37,059 nucleotides of DNA, from contig JALAGF010006300.1 of NCBI GenBank assembly GCA_030167865.1, forward strand, positions 1-37,059, in the 5' to 3' direction. A model generated the notes under the pieces. It worked only from the letters and a program-made list of their open reading frames with translations, searched no databases and was not told the origin of the DNA. Origin of the DNA: Craspedostauros australis. Its lineage: Eukaryota. How positions within the stretch are numbered: the first letter of the stretch is position 1; every line of letters starts with the position of its first letter. Below, piece by piece: positions 9,401 to 21,700 of this stretch. A program made the translations under genes and the position numbers.

Positions 9401-11270
9401 GTTGGATGTGTGTCTCACAAACAGCGATCTGCTGGTCAGAGCTGTGCGTTTTCAAGACTCCTGTGGATGCCGACGCGGTCGGACAACGTATACAGACTGC
9501 CTCGGACTCATCAGCGGTGGGGCCATCAAACCAGATCATCGGCTTGCTGTCATCAATAGAGATTTCATCACGAGGGATGGCGAATGTGCCATTGCCATCT
9601 GTACCAAGTGCATCGGATGGTCTCCTTGGTCTTTTCTCTTTCTTTTGCCACTCGTCCCATACATCCTGGACACGTCGCTGATCCGGTCCGGCACATCCCG
9701 TGTACCATGTGCGCTTGCTGGGCGACCATCGCAACAAGCGGCTATCCTCCGCGTGAAGTCCAGCCATCTTCTGCGCACCCTTCATTTTCAATTCGTGCTT
9801 TTGGCAAGTGTTGTACGGGACGGGTCGCGTGAGATCGACCATGCCATTAGAAGATCCAACCTGCGGTCCATTATTGCTTTTGCTGGAGACAGTGTATAGG
9901 AGTTTTGTCAAATTCAAATGTTCCCGTTGCGATGGTATGGCTAAATCGAGGCCTTGCGTTGCGAATAGGTAGGCACGGAAATACGTGTAAGGCTTGGGTT
10001 GCGATGATGCCGGCATTGTGGCAGATGCTTCCTGCGTCCATGCCAAACCGCGCTCGAGAAATCGCTCCACATCTTGTTTGGATGCCAGCAGTGTGTTGGG
10101 ACCGTACCGGGGCAGCCGAACATCCAGCTTTTCATCGTGCGCTATGTCGGGACGAACGAGGATCGTATCCTGCGGATCCGTTCTGTTCGTCGGCGCGTGC
10201 GACATGGAAAGGATCTGGACCTTGTATCCCATCGATTGCAGCAATTGTGCGGCGCGCACGCCATGATACTGCTGGGTTCTGTTGTCATCGCCAGCGTCGT
10301 CGTCGTCGACGTCGTCGGAAAAGACGGCTGATACACGGAAGACCACGTAGGTCGCCGTTGCTTGCTTTAGGAATGTAGTCGCCCCCAGAACTGCTGCATC
10401 TTCCGTCCCAAATCGAAGCGGATCAAACACGGACAGCAGCATCCAATCTGGACGCTTCGCTGACACACCACCGCCATCATCAAACGACTGCCACCATTCG
10501 TCGACGGTGGAGTGTCGCGACATGGGCAGAGATGCGAGATTGTAAACGTCGTGACCTTGCCGCTGTGCTTCCGACGCAATGCAAGGTCCGATCTTGTGCC
10601 GAGCCGATCCAGATTCATCCGGCTGTGTCGTTGTGCTATCCTGTGGGTCTGTGACCACCAGCACGGAAGAATGGGCGATCTTTCGGCTCAGTATGCGCGC
10701 GCTGAGGTCACGAAACACAAAGCCGTAGAACGTCGCGTTCGATGTGGCCGTGTAGGTCCGTATCCTGTGGGAGTTGGTGTCATTGAGCGCATGAGATTGT
10801 TCCAATCCTTGCCATTGCAATCCATCGTGTTGCCGATCCATGGAATTCTTCGACGCTGCGATTGGCATTTGCCTGGCGCGTTGACCGTTTCCTTTGCTTT
10901 GTGGAAGTTGGTGCGAAGGATGCCATCGGTCGGCCGCATTCCATTGTCGGTCAAGAGAATGAAAGGACACGAGATTGAGAAGGCAGCTCACAAATGCCAG
11001 CACGGCAAAGATCCTTCCGCACAGCTTCCAGCGCTTGCCGTGTCTGCGCCACCGGGCCGATGCGCGGCTTTGCTGCGATGCGCTGCCATGTTTCGCAGGA
11101 CGATCATATGAGATGTGGGAATGATGATGCCGAGGTTTGTCATCAGAAGAATTTGTGCTCGATCGGTTCTTCAGCGTCTGCGATGACTTCAGCGATGTCT
11201 CGATCGACGCAGATGATGATGACCCGTTTGGAAGATTGGGTTGTGGGGTTTGCATCACCATCGTCTTCAA
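6441..11270 (-). CDS. Type II membrane protein with two tandem DUF229-like (alkaline phosphatase/sulfatase superfamily) domains, 1609 aa
   Basis: Uninterrupted 4.8-kb ORF with an N-terminal hydrophobic anchor (IFAVLAFVSCLLNLVSF). The motif series occurs twice: FIMIDPISR..VGDNSGPNQAAL..VSDHGLHYG..TPFDVHQTL..C/C and FLEIDSAS..YGPNSIPNQVAAL..RADHGLQFG..TGHDLYRTM..C/C. Confidence 0.8.
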   Translation of the reverse strand: MKTMVMQTPQPNLPNGSSSSASIETSLKSSQTLKNRSSTNSSDDKPRHHHSHISYDRPAKHGSASQQSRASARWRRHGKRWKLCGRIFAVLAFVSCLLNLVSFHSLDRQWNAADRWHPSHQLPQSKGNGQRARQMPIAASKNSMDRQHDGLQWQGLEQSHALNDTNSHRIRTYTATSNATFYGFVFRDLSARILSRKIAHSSVLVVTDPQDSTTTQPDESGSARHKIGPCIASEAQRQGHDVYNLASLPMSRHSTVDEWWQSFDDGGGVSAKRPDWMLLSVFDPLRFGTEDAAVLGATTFLKQATATYVVFRVSAVFSDDVDDDDAGDDNRTQQYHGVRAAQLLQSMGYKVQILSMSHAPTNRTDPQDTILVRPDIAHDEKLDVRLPRYGPNTLLASKQDVERFLERGLAWTQEASATMPASSQPKPYTYFRAYLFATQGLDLAIPSQREHLNLTKLLYTVSSKSNNGPQVGSSNGMVDLTRPVPYNTCQKHELKMKGAQKMAGLHAEDSRLLRWSPSKRTWYTGCAGPDQRRVQDVWDEWQKKEKRPRRPSDALGTDGNGTFAIPRDEISIDDSKPMIWFDGPTADESEAVCIRCPTASASTGVLKTHSSDQQIAVCETHIQRHDVAINLKRHSHKRRLGVLPKKNQPMTISQYRTKSAMTTKKSSSKGNNNSLLFIMIDPISRGMFRRFLPGTLSWLRSPDSGFVEFTNYTAVGDNSGPNQAALYTGESLDDRNSISSHNQRDATKWIWDELRQSRYKYTTLKAEDGCVLNSNMVQSIKPNVTHGDALHHMFCFDYQRPNCIGSIPAPLHLMKYATKFIQSYQSSELIQQPPWAAFLSFIDSHEDTGMLSGTLDAPLRTFLQSTRMQLNRRGAWDDLTVVLVSDHGLHYGPYFQTYEGQVERIQPILHIKLPKHIQEQAQTQARQTILDNRHKHTTPFDVHQTLLDVLLNQHKNENDTETEEELNQVDYNSHSRHDGVPPPDRNTDGRIAMHGQSLLLPLPQARDECHTTQAIPQKYCDLIEANATTRKRMALESPTPPSMMSFYADIPQHQRPQLNFTARLPSNQRAIVTEGCRCAGKVGDWYSCSKHPWGEDVNVIVDRITPFMLVDCPGKPLHLETRVIGLDVLRARKQQLPPAHQDNMVNILFLEIDSASASYADRFFPKTRSFLESYRMQRLQQAPLSSTGPNTRDEHHNNGSDRDNDDDTDDDDDDDDPYSYKCKGSICGVDLSSHVSIYGPNSIPNQVAALSGCISMPSNGTDKCNGQLLESFREGHVCNDEHSVVRDLVMYRKRPYLDETVWCPQPLQTKYNGLPWLFDVGMNNAYITYFGEEFCFEGSPYVTQNNLFPSFQIDYRPHRTFCRLAERKIELLNLTGITKFQRWGVEDSNEICLDGNEGIEKAHISIEALRQMWTVYSSSPKLAFLNAIAAHDYTPDWARVSLRAERYDDHVVSLLRSIIEDATSSNSPTMIIVRADHGLQFGPLAVDYSTQVEHSRPWTEMLVTENIAGLSKKALYANQRRLVTGHDLYRTMRALMSRFGPGAIEQPTPSTSYEPGIPSWSYNLLTQDIPEDRSCEDARIDEYSCRETSVKAGFGICNRFDKTQRRFCE

Positions 11271-11410
11271 CGCTTCACAGAACCGACAACGATGATGATG
11301 GCACCGGGAGGAAAGGCGATAAAATGGTGGTGCTGCGTTGTTGGATGCCTCGGACGCAATGCCCAGCCTGTCCTCGCGTCTGCTTTCCTGCCTTGTTGCT
11401 CCCGATGGTG

Positions 11411-11524
11411 TTGGTTGTGGTGAGTTGTGATGAGTTGTGGTGAGTTGTTGTGGGTTGTGGTGAGTTGTTGTGGGTTGTGGTGAGTTGTTGTGGGTTGTGG
11501 TGAGTTGTTGTGAGTTGAGGTGAG
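11411..11524. repeat. 10-bp minisatellite TG(A/G)GTTGT(G/T)G, ~11 units with 20-bp higher-order alternation
   Basis: tgagttgttg/tgggttgtgg units alternate; lies 140-250 nt upstream of the DUF229-like gene start. Confidence 0.9.
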
Positions 11525-12435
11525 CAGCAACGCTTTGTCTCTTTCTGCGAACATTGGCATCTGTTTCGTCACGAACGAATGGTTCGAAAGCTCCGCCAAG
11601 TTTTCAGGAATCGGAGTGTGCGAGCGAATGACTTCCCGCTTCGCGCAAACGCCGCAACCAAGCGTCGGACGCATTGGAACGACCATAATCGTTCGTTAAT
11701 ATGTCCGTAAATACAAAAAGGACGAATGATGTAGTTCGTTAGTGAATCTGCTCGTCTTGTTTGTCCGTGAAAATGTGGGGACTACTTCAGTCGTGTCATG
11801 TGGAGAGGAAGAGGACACACTAACCTCCTCGTCTTCGGTCATTCATCTCCAGAGTTGTCACTCTGGTGACAGGAAGTTGTTGAGTACTCTACTCTCAATG
11901 ATTGAGACCACGAGCATGGCATCCACCAAGTAGAAGATCAATCGAACTCGTGTCTGGGGGACGTACGTATATGAGCGGGGGGAACGCTTCGCGACAACGT
12001 CGCAAGGAGAGAGACAAGTGCGATCAAGCCGCGGAGTTGAGCAGAATAACCCAATCCTGCGAGCTACACCATCACCAAGTCTGAAAAAGGGCGGGGTCTT
12101 GCGTTCGACTTGCATAATATAATGGCTCCAAATCAGCGGGTGGGATGTATCCAGTGGTTGCTCATGTTGCAGATGTCACTCTGTATCGCGGTGTTCCAAC
12201 GCTTCTGATCGCTCACTAGGATCCATGACGCCATGCTCTCAATCCATCCCATGAACAACGTCTTCTATTCTCGGATGAGGATACTGTCGTTGACACCAAG
12301 GCTCCGACAGATGGTATCATGACTTCGAGGAGACGATCCAAGTAGGCAGCAGCACATGGACTTGGGACGCAACGGATCATGGGACGTGATGTCTGCAATG
12401 GCAGAGCACCAGATGTATGATTCCCAGTAAGTGTG

Positions 12436-15262
12436 GGACAAAAGGAGAAGCCAGAGAATCTCCAAAATTTCTCCGAATGGCTTCTCTTCTTGTTGTCACG
12501 AAGATCGAACATCAACAACACCAACAACACCACCACGAGAGGATTACAACCGAGGACATCGAAGACCCGAGAGGCACAGTGCTGGTGTTTGCAGCAACAA
12601 CAGCTACGACAACAGCTGCACAATTAAACAGAAGCATCGCGGCAGGGACACTGCTCGTAACAGTACTCCCATGAACAACCACGGGGACCATGATGTCTTC
12701 TTCGTGCATCTATCGATGGTTGATTGGTTTGTCAACCGGTCGGCTGGCTCCTCAAACAGCATGCACACTGCCAAGCTTCCAGAAGAATGACCTTCCTCTG
12801 GCTGGTTGTCTGCACAATACATCGGATTGGGAGCTGGGATAATAACCATCATACGGAACATAACAGCAGCGACCGAATCTTGAGAGGTGTTCGTCAGGCT
12901 CATCCAGAGTGATGGCGTTGTCATCTCTCTCTCTCTCCCTCTCCATCTCCATCTTTTTTTCTGGAGAATCTTTGAAGCGGATATGTGGGCAATTCATGTG
13001 ACAGCAATGGCCTATCATCTTGACTGTGCTGTTTCGAACAGATGTCAGCGGCTGATTTCTTTGGGAAGGCCATGGCAATAAATCCCATGCATGGCCAATC
13101 TTGACAGCACGTTTCATGTAGATGACTTAGAGTTCCGTTCGAGCCGTTGAATGGGGTGAACTGTAACCATGGGTGATGTCTGTCAAATGCAGAGCTCTCA
13201 TGTGTTCGGTTCGTTGGCCAGAAGCGACAACCAGGATGGCAGCATTTCGATCATTGGAGGCACCTGGTTCTCCTTCTGGATGTGGTTTTCTGTTCGTGTT
13301 TCGGGCGCATGGAAAAGCCACCAGTCCAACCAGCTGTCTTCGTCCACCCACACAGTTCTGTTGCGTGCCAGCGTGTGCAATAAATTCGAATTGAAAATGT
13401 GAGGAGATTTATGTCGCGGGGAATGAGCGACTTCATTGGATCTTACATGCCGAGAGAACACTTTTGCTCTCGCACCCTTCAGATTTATGATTCCCTGGTC
13501 GACTCCACCGATGTATCGACACGCATTGGGCCGAAATGAGAAATCGCTGGGTGTCCTGGACGCTGTGCATTTTCTTTTTTTTACATCGACAAAGATACGA
13601 CATCAACAACGCCTCACCAAAGACAGAAGCGAGATCGTGATGGGTGGCACCCAAAGATCGGGTGTCAACGACTGAGAGAGTTGCACAATCACAAGAGAGA
13701 AGAAGATCGACAGCAGCAGCAGCACCACTACCAATACCGGCAAGGATTACACTGGAGCAGCACGTACGAGGTATGGCATCAGGAGCAACCTCGACAGCAG
13801 CAAAATCGATAGCAGCAAAATCGATTGCAGCAACATCGATAGCAGCAACGACAACGGCTGAAGCAGCAACGACAACAGTAATGAAGACCGCGGCGATTAT
13901 CATACCTTCTTCGTGCAACTCTCGCGATGTTGCTCGCGAGATCGCACTGCACATCAAACGGATGGATTTGGACAATCAAATCAGCTCATAAAACCGAAAG
14001 TGGATCAAGAACAATCCGCTCATCGCAGAAGCACACACACGCACACAGCATACAAACAAACACAACCGTTCTACCAACACCATGAAGTTCCACCTCGTCT
14101 CTGCCGTCGCAACCGGCCTGCTCTGGGCATGCCCGAGTTCCGCCTTTCAACCCGCGAAACCATTCATCGCCCGTGCCACGGCTCCGCGCCAGCTCAACAT
14201 CGGTCCTTTGATGGATAGCGCCGAAAAGGAGCTCGAGGAGCTGGCCAAGGGTAACATCGGGGCTGTCGCCACTGATGCCAGTGAAGAGACCTCTGGGCTC
14301 ACACCTGATCAGGCGAAGGTCATCTCCGGACTGGTCCAAGACCTCGACACCTTCATGGGTGAGGGAACGGGAGACGCAGCGGCCGACAAGCAAAAGCAAG
14401 CGTTGGTGGGAAAGCTGGTCGCCGAGCTGGCCGCCAAAGACTACACCGACAACAACGAGGATCCTGACTTGGAGAAGAGGATGAAGTTCTTGCTCACGAA
14501 GATCATGGAGTACCGATCGATCAGCGCCCTCAATACCGAGAAAGTTGGCACTAACGCCTCGTCCGCGAAAAGTTCAGCGATTTCCAAGATCATCATGTTG
14601 GCACTCAAAGATTTGCTTGATAACGGACTTCCCATGGGATACGCTACATACCCACGGCATGCAGAGGTACGTACGCTTGGAAGACTGCGCGCGTGCTCAG
14701 TAGTGTCGCCAGCCCGGCGAACAATTGATTTCACGAACTCACATACTCTCTCTCTCTCTCTCTTCACTTCAACACACCTGTTCCACATTCGATCACGCAA
14801 TGCAATGCCATCTCAATCCCTCTCGCGATGCTTTCCATCGCGCTACCTGACACGACTCGACACGACACCAAACGCAGTACCCTGACGTTGATCTGTCGGG
14901 ATTGATGAAGATGGTCAATGGCATGCCGGGAACTGATTACTGGTTCTCTTTCAAGAAGACCTTGAGAGTGCTTGTCCGAGCCTTCCGCGGGCTGGCCGGC
15001 CTTGCCACGAACCCGCTTACAGCTACCGATACCTCCTCGGTGGACAACTACCAGCGAATCTTCAAGAACAAGGACACAGGCATGGATAACGAATTGATTC
15101 CGCCTCCAAAGCATGCCATTGCCTACTGGACAAAGGATGAAGAGTTCGCCCGCCAGTTCTTGAACGGCGTCAACCCCGTCATGATCGAAGTCGTGAAGGA
15201 CAGCACCAAGCTCACGCCCCAGCTGACCGACTTCTTCGCTTCGGAGCCGGATGTCGACGTCG
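12436..15262 (+). repeat. Segmental duplication copy A (~1.65 kb upstream region plus 5' part of LOX-C)
   Basis: Collinear and highly similar to 34245-37059, beginning at CAAAAGGAGAAGCCAGAGAATCTCCAAAATTTCTCCGAA. The other end cannot be defined because copy B leaves the window. Confidence 0.93.
13783..13850 (+). repeat. 15-bp tandem repeat GCAGCAA(A/C)ATCGA(T/C)A upstream of LOX-C (4+ units; two fewer in the LOX-E copy at ~35601-35637)
   Basis: Direct comparison of the two duplicated copies. Confidence 0.8.
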
Positions 15263-17089
15263 CTACTCTTATCGCCGCCAACGAGCTCTTTTGCGTCGAC
15301 TACATTGGCCTGGCGGACCTCACAAAGATGCCGCATCAGGCATACCCAGAGGCCTACAACAATGATAACTACCTTGATCCCTCCGTCCCTTATGACCAGT
15401 CGATCTTGGACAAGGTTGGAAATGAGCCACGCTACTTCAAGGCACCGATGATCGTGTTCCGCAAGGCCGCGGATCAGAGCAACATCGAGATCATCGGCAT
15501 CCAGCTCGACCGCGGTGATGGTGCCAAGGTCTTCACGTCTGCAAACTCTGGTGCTAACGAGTGGCTCTTCGCCAAGACCACAGTTGCGACCGCAGACTCC
15601 CAATACCATGAGGTAAGCACAATGGATATTGCTTGTCTATGTGAACGGACACAACACAGCCGACAAAGACATCGCGAGGAGGGCCTTCTCATGTCGCTGT
15701 CCACCATTCGGCCTTCCCTGGGCTTTCCTATTATTGATTGCAATATTGCGATGCTGCTGCCCTGTATCGCGTCATCGCTGCCATCAGAATTCTCTGCAAT
15801 GCATCATGGCCACCGCATACCATTGCGCCGGCGACTAGTAATCACCAAACTCAATCCTCCTTCTTCCTCTTTTTCCGCACCTACACACTCACATACCATG
15901 CGGACGCGTGTACTCTATGTCACTCATATACAATAGTGGTTGACCCATTTGGGAAAGACCCACTTGACCATGGAGCCACACATCGTCGCCATCCACAACA
16001 CGCTCAAGAAGAGCAATCACAAGATCTACCCATTCGTCAAGCCCATGTGCCGTGATACTCTCTTCCTCAACTACTTCGCCCGTCGAACTCTGGCTGAATT
16101 CGGGCCCGACAGCTTCGGCGATTATATGACATCCGTCGGAACCGGGCAGTACATGCAGGTTCTCCTGAAGTACTGGGAGGGATACCACTTCTTTGAATCT
16201 TCTTCCTTCGATCAGGAGCTCGAAAGCCGTGGATTCACCAGCGACGTGACCCTCGGAAACTACCGCTACCGCACCGATGGTCAGAAGATCTGGGACGCAT
16301 ACGGCCGCTTCACAACGAGCTATGTTGATGAGCTTTTCGTCGACGATGCAGAAGTCGCAAGCGACGTCGGATTGCAAGAGTGGGCCCACGAAACCACCAC
16401 GAAAAGTCGTGCTGCGATCAACGGTTTCCCCGAGAAGTTCGAAACCAAGGCCGTGTTGGCTAGCACCTTGCAGACGCTGTTCTGGATCTGCAGTGGATTC
16501 CACGCCGCTGTCAACTTCCCACAATACGATGTAAGTGCAACTCGAAGATGACGCGAGGTGCATCATGTTTGCATGCTTCTTCGATTGAGATGGAGCGCGA
16601 CTGTTTGTGTTCGTGGCAAAAATGATGACGGACTTGAACCGCCAGCTCACTCTCTCCGTTCCTTGCATCTGCTGCCAACCTCCATCTTTTGCCTCCATCC
16701 GCACCCAATCATACCTGACTTTCTTCATCTGTCCACAGTACTTTGGATACCAAGCCAACAAGCCGCTCGGAATCCGCAAGTCCTTCGAAGACTGGCAGGC
16801 AGCAACCGGAGACGAAGACTGGATTTTCGAGGAGGCCATGCCACACTTGGACAAGGCACAGGAGTCGCTCCTCACCGTGCAGGTGCTGACGTTGCCATCG
16901 AAGCACACCATCCTCGATCTCGATTACTGTTTCGAGACGGCCGGAAACGCCGCGTACACGGCATTCAAGGCGGAGCTCAACACCATCTCGTCTGAGATCG
17001 CAGAGCGCGGTTTGCAGGACGAGCGCGAAGGCATGCCGGCCTACAACTACCTCAAGCCAGAGAACATCCCTGCCTCTATCGACATCTAA
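14082..17089 (+). CDS. LOX: Lipoxygenase LOX-C, predicted plastid-targeted; exons 14082-14666, 14878-15612, 15937-16530, 16739-17089; ~754 aa
   Basis: Same exon architecture. Motifs FARQFLNGVNP, WLFAK, YHEWLTHLGKTHLTMEP, FLNYFAR, HAAVNFPQYD, PASIDI*. Presequence ...LLWACPSSA|FQPAKP. Confidence 0.95.
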
Positions 17090-17345
17090 AGCGTCCGTGT
17101 CCTTTGATGTCTACGGTGGCGACAGTCGGAGCTTTGCTCTGCTGTGAGACCAGACGGCACGCTCAGATCCAACCAAACCAACCTTACCGAATCCAATCGA
17201 CTTGCCTGTCCGGAGACTGTGGCGAACTACACCTTGTGGAAGCAAATGTAGACGTAACCACGATCCTTTGGCAATCGTTAAAACAATCTCTAGTGAAATA
17301 CTACACATGCAAATGAAGCTTGAACTCCTTCCGCAAGTATCAGTA
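17090..17345 (+). repeat. LOX-C 3' flank, highly similar to 5646-5895
   Basis: Direct comparison with 5646-5895. Confidence 0.9.
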
Positions 17346-18706
17346 TGGATAGAGTCGTCTCATTGTAGTGAATCGATTGGTGAGATCCGCATTGGCCACC
17401 ACAACGAGAACGCACGATCACCCCTCGATACCGCCAGTGAGGGAAAATACAAGGAGCCGCTTTCCGTGCGGGTACATAGTCGTAACGTACCAGATAGCAT
17501 CCTGGCCAATCCCACCATCACGCTGGTGGGGGATACCTTACTAGAACCAATCAAGCTGTACCGTGCGGTGAGGCGGGGCAGGGCAGGGGGAGGCCCAAGC
17601 AGCCACAAAAAGACCGGTCACCAAGCGCGGAACGCCCCTCCGATGGCGTTCGACTTGCAGGTCTGAAGCGGCGCGAGAGGAAGCGCGAGTTGAATCTTTC
17701 GTCACCTCTTCCCTTCCCCGGGTGATCTCTTGTCGCTCTCTCCACTCGACAATCAACCAACACAACCCAACTGCCTCTGTGCCGGCCTCTCGATACAGAA
17801 AGGTAGAATCACCAATTCCGGCATACCAATGCACGAACCGTCCTCGTATCGTCTCTATCGCCCCCTTGGCAAGTTCCGCGCGAAAATGATGTGATGAATT
17901 CGAAATGGAAATGTGAGGCGAGTACTATTCTATCTTCGAGCTACCTGTGTGTCGTTGACAGCACGTCAATGCACTCTCCTCGTCTCGGCAATGGCAGATT
18001 TATTCAACAATAATAGGTACGCCCACTCACCAACTGCCAAAACGTGATCTCTACACAAGGATTTATGGTTCCCGCCAACTTTCCCAAACGGGAAACGGAA
18101 CCGATCGATCTTCGCCATCGTGTGTGTCGCCAAAAGATACGATTTTGTTCTGTCGAAACGAGAAACATTCCGTACTCGTACAAACTACTCGCGCACATCA
18201 TCGCTCATGCATGCAACTTGCTATTCTCACATCACGAAGGATGCTTCATGAAAGATTCGACATCAACAACACCTCACATGCTGCCATGTGGTTGGGCACA
18301 GAGGCAGTTGTTGACACCATGACTGAAAGAGACGAGCACAGATCGATGGCACGCTTGAGCAGTACGAGTACGATCAAAGTTGCGACCAAAGCAGTAACGA
18401 CAGCAGTAGCGGTGGCAGTGGCAGGGGACACACGACACCCAAGCCAGCAACAAAGCGCAGAAGACTGCTCGCAACGACCCTTGCAGCAACGATACCTGCA
18501 ACAACAACACTGGCAAAAATGGCTCTTCCTTCGTGCACTTTCGTCGTTGTTGCACGCAGGTCCACGCCATCCATCCCAAAGACGCCATTTGAGCAATCTC
18601 ATCAGCTCATAAAAAGCAACCGTGGATCCAATTCAATCCGCTCACCGCACAAACACGCACAAACGCAATTGCAAGCGCAATCATCTCACCAACAAGCACC
18701 GGCAGC

Positions 18707-21700
18707 ATGAAGTTGCACCTCATCTCTGCCGCCGTAGCCGGCATGTTGTGGGCGTGCCCGGGCTCTGCCTTCCAGACGGCGAGACCCTTCGTCTCACGTG
18801 CCACGGCTCCACGTCACGTCAACATCGGTCCATTGATGGACAGCGCCGCGACAGAGGTCAAAGAACTCGAAGAGGGCGGTCTCGTGGGCATCGCAGCTGG
18901 CGCCATCGGCGAGACATCCGAGCTGAGCGAAGATCAGGCAGAGACCATCGCCGCGATGCTTGGCAAGCTCGAGGCGCTCAGCGAACTCACAGGCAAACAG
19001 AAGACTGCCGATGGGTTGCTGTTGGCCCAGTTGTTTTTCCGGCTCTCCGCCAAGGACCTCAGTCGCGGTCAATCGGCCGCCGAGCTGAACGAGGAATTCT
19101 TGGAGCTGGGGACTCAGATGATGGTCTACTACGGCGCCATCGCCAATTCCAGCAAACAGCGCACGGGAGGAACCTCGAGCTTCACCGGTGGCTCGAATCT
19201 GGCAAAGTTGCTTCGGGAAACGTTGCAAAAGGCGCTGCGGCGCCCAGCTACTATCGATTACGCAACATACCCCGTGTATGAGGAGGTACGTACGTACGCA
19301 TGGGCTTGCAGATGTATGTCCACGCACGAAACTGCGGTGATGTTGGTAGACGATACCAACGCCGATCTACTCGTCCCAGCAATCGATGCTGCGTTCCTCC
19401 AAATACCGGACTCTCGTGTTCAACATATCCGTGCCTATTCTCATATGCACACTCATACTCATTCCCATACCCATGACACATCATCTCATGTCTTCTTGTC
19501 TACCATGTCACGCTGCATCCACACAGTACCCCAACGTCCAGCTCTCTGGAATGATGAAAATGGTGAAGGGCGTGCCCAGCGTCGAGTACTGGTTCTCGTT
19601 CAAGAAGTTCGTGAGAGTCATTACCCGTGCCTTGCGGTCTCTGGCTGGGGTGGCCGTAAACCCGCTCACTGCCGATGACGTCTCCACAAAGAAGAACTAC
19701 GAGAGGATTTTCAAAGCAGAACTATCTCAGAAGTACGGGATTGAGGGTCCGAATCTGTTCCTGCCAATGCCTGAATACACCTTCAATCATTGGACGGAGG
19801 ATCAAGAGTTCGCTCGCCAGTTCTTGAACGGCGTCAATCCAGTCATGATCGAAGTTGTGAAAGACTCTGCCAAGCTCACGCCAGAGCTGCTCGACTTCTT
19901 CAAACAGGAGGGCGATGTCGACATCGATGCTCTCGCCAAGTCCAACAAGCTCTTCTACGTGAACTACATCGGCTTGGCAGACCTCACGACGAATCCCCAC
20001 CAGGCGTATCCGGAGGCGTACAACAACCCGACGTACACCAATGATACTGCCATCCTCGATCGTGTCGGAAAGGAGCCACGCTACTTCAAGGCACCGATGA
20101 TCGTGTTCCGCAAGACGGAGGATCTCAAGAACATTGAGATCATGGCCATCCAGCTTGACCGTGGCGCCGGTTCGAAGGTCTACACGGCTGACAACTCGGG
20201 TGACATGGAATGGCTGTTTGCCAAGGAAACTGTCGCGACCGCGGACTCCCAATACCACGAGGTAAGCAGATGATGCATTGTGCCGCGCGTTAACGGAGCT
20301 TTCGGCAATAGCAGCAGCTGCTGCTGCTCCTGAGGAAGGGTCGCTCGCTCAGATGTGAATCAGCGGAGAGACTTCACAAGAGACAGTCTTTCGTTGCATT
20401 GGTATTGGTCGGCGGGTGCTTTCCATCTCCGCGCTGCCATCTATCATTCTGCTGCACAAATGCGCCGATGCAACCACCGACTACCGGCAAATCGGACCTA
20501 ACAAGCTCATTCCTCCTCCTCCCTCTTTGTCGCTGTACATACTCGTATACACCCACACTGTTCAACAGTGGGTCAGCCATCTGGGAAAGACGCATTTGAC
20601 GATGGAACCACACATCGTCGCTATCCACAACACACTCCGCCAGGAAAATCACAAAGTCTATCCATTCGTCAGACCAATGTGCCGCGACACGCTCCTTCTC
20701 AACTACGCAGCACGTCAGACGTTGGCCAAATTCGGACCTGATAGCTTTGGCGACTACATGACATCTGTCGGAACCGGACAGTTCATGCAACTCATCCTGA
20801 AGTATTGGGAGTCTTACGACTTCTTCAAGTCCTCCGCCTTCGACGAAGAGCTGGAGTCTCGAGGATTCACCGACGATGTGACTCTCGCAAACTACCGCTA
20901 CCGCACCGACGGCCAGAAGATCTGGGGAGCCTACGGACGCTTCGCGACGCAGTATGTTGACGAATGTTACACTGAGGATGCAGAAGTCGCGAGTGACACC
21001 GGGTTGCAGAAGTGGGCCACGGAGACCACCGGGGAAAGCACCGCCGCGATCAAAGGTTTCCCCAAGAAGTTCGAGTCCAAGGCTCAGCTGGCCAAAACCC
21101 TGCAGACCCTGTTCTGGCTCTGCAGTGGGCTCCATGCCGCCGTCAACTACCCGCAGTACGACGTAAGTGCATTTGTGCAGAGGTTGCGCCAGGGCTGAGT
21201 CCTTCTTCTTCAACCGCAGGCGCGTGAATGTGCGTATGGTATGGACCTCCTGAACTCACCTCCCTTTGCCTCTCATCGTCATTCCTTGGATTCGATTCCT
21301 TTTCTGCTGGACACCTGCTTCTGCTCTCGACTTCGCATTCCCCAACCATCCAAAACCTCAGTACTATGCGTACCAAGCCAACAAACCGCTCGGAATCCGC
21401 AAGTCCTTCGAAGAGTGGAAGGAGGCCAACGGGAGCGAGGATTGGATGTTCGAGGAGGCCATGCCGCTCTTGGACAAGGCGCAGGAAGCAGCGGTGACGG
21501 TGCAACTGCTGACGCTGCCATCCGAGCACACCATCCTTGATCTCGATTACTGCTTCGAGACGTACGGGAAGGACGCGTACGCAGCATTCAAGGAGGAATT
21601 GAAGACCATCTCGAGCCAGATCGATGCGCGCAACGAGGAAGATGCCCTCGCAGGCGAGCCGAAGTACGAGTACCTCAAGCCGGAGAATGTGCCTGCCTCT

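Noticed and set aside
11411..11524. Possible CRISPR array or telomeric repeat
   Set aside because: No unique spacers, eukaryotic context, and the unit is not TTAGGG-like.
13644..13991. Small Ala/Thr-rich ORF upstream of LOX-C and LOX-E ending in QISS* (similar end at 18612)
   Set aside because: The ATG seen in the LOX-E copy is shifted out of frame by a 4-nt insertion in the LOX-C copy. Openness is explained by triplet-based repeats, and the shared stop lies in the conserved CTCATAAAA motif.
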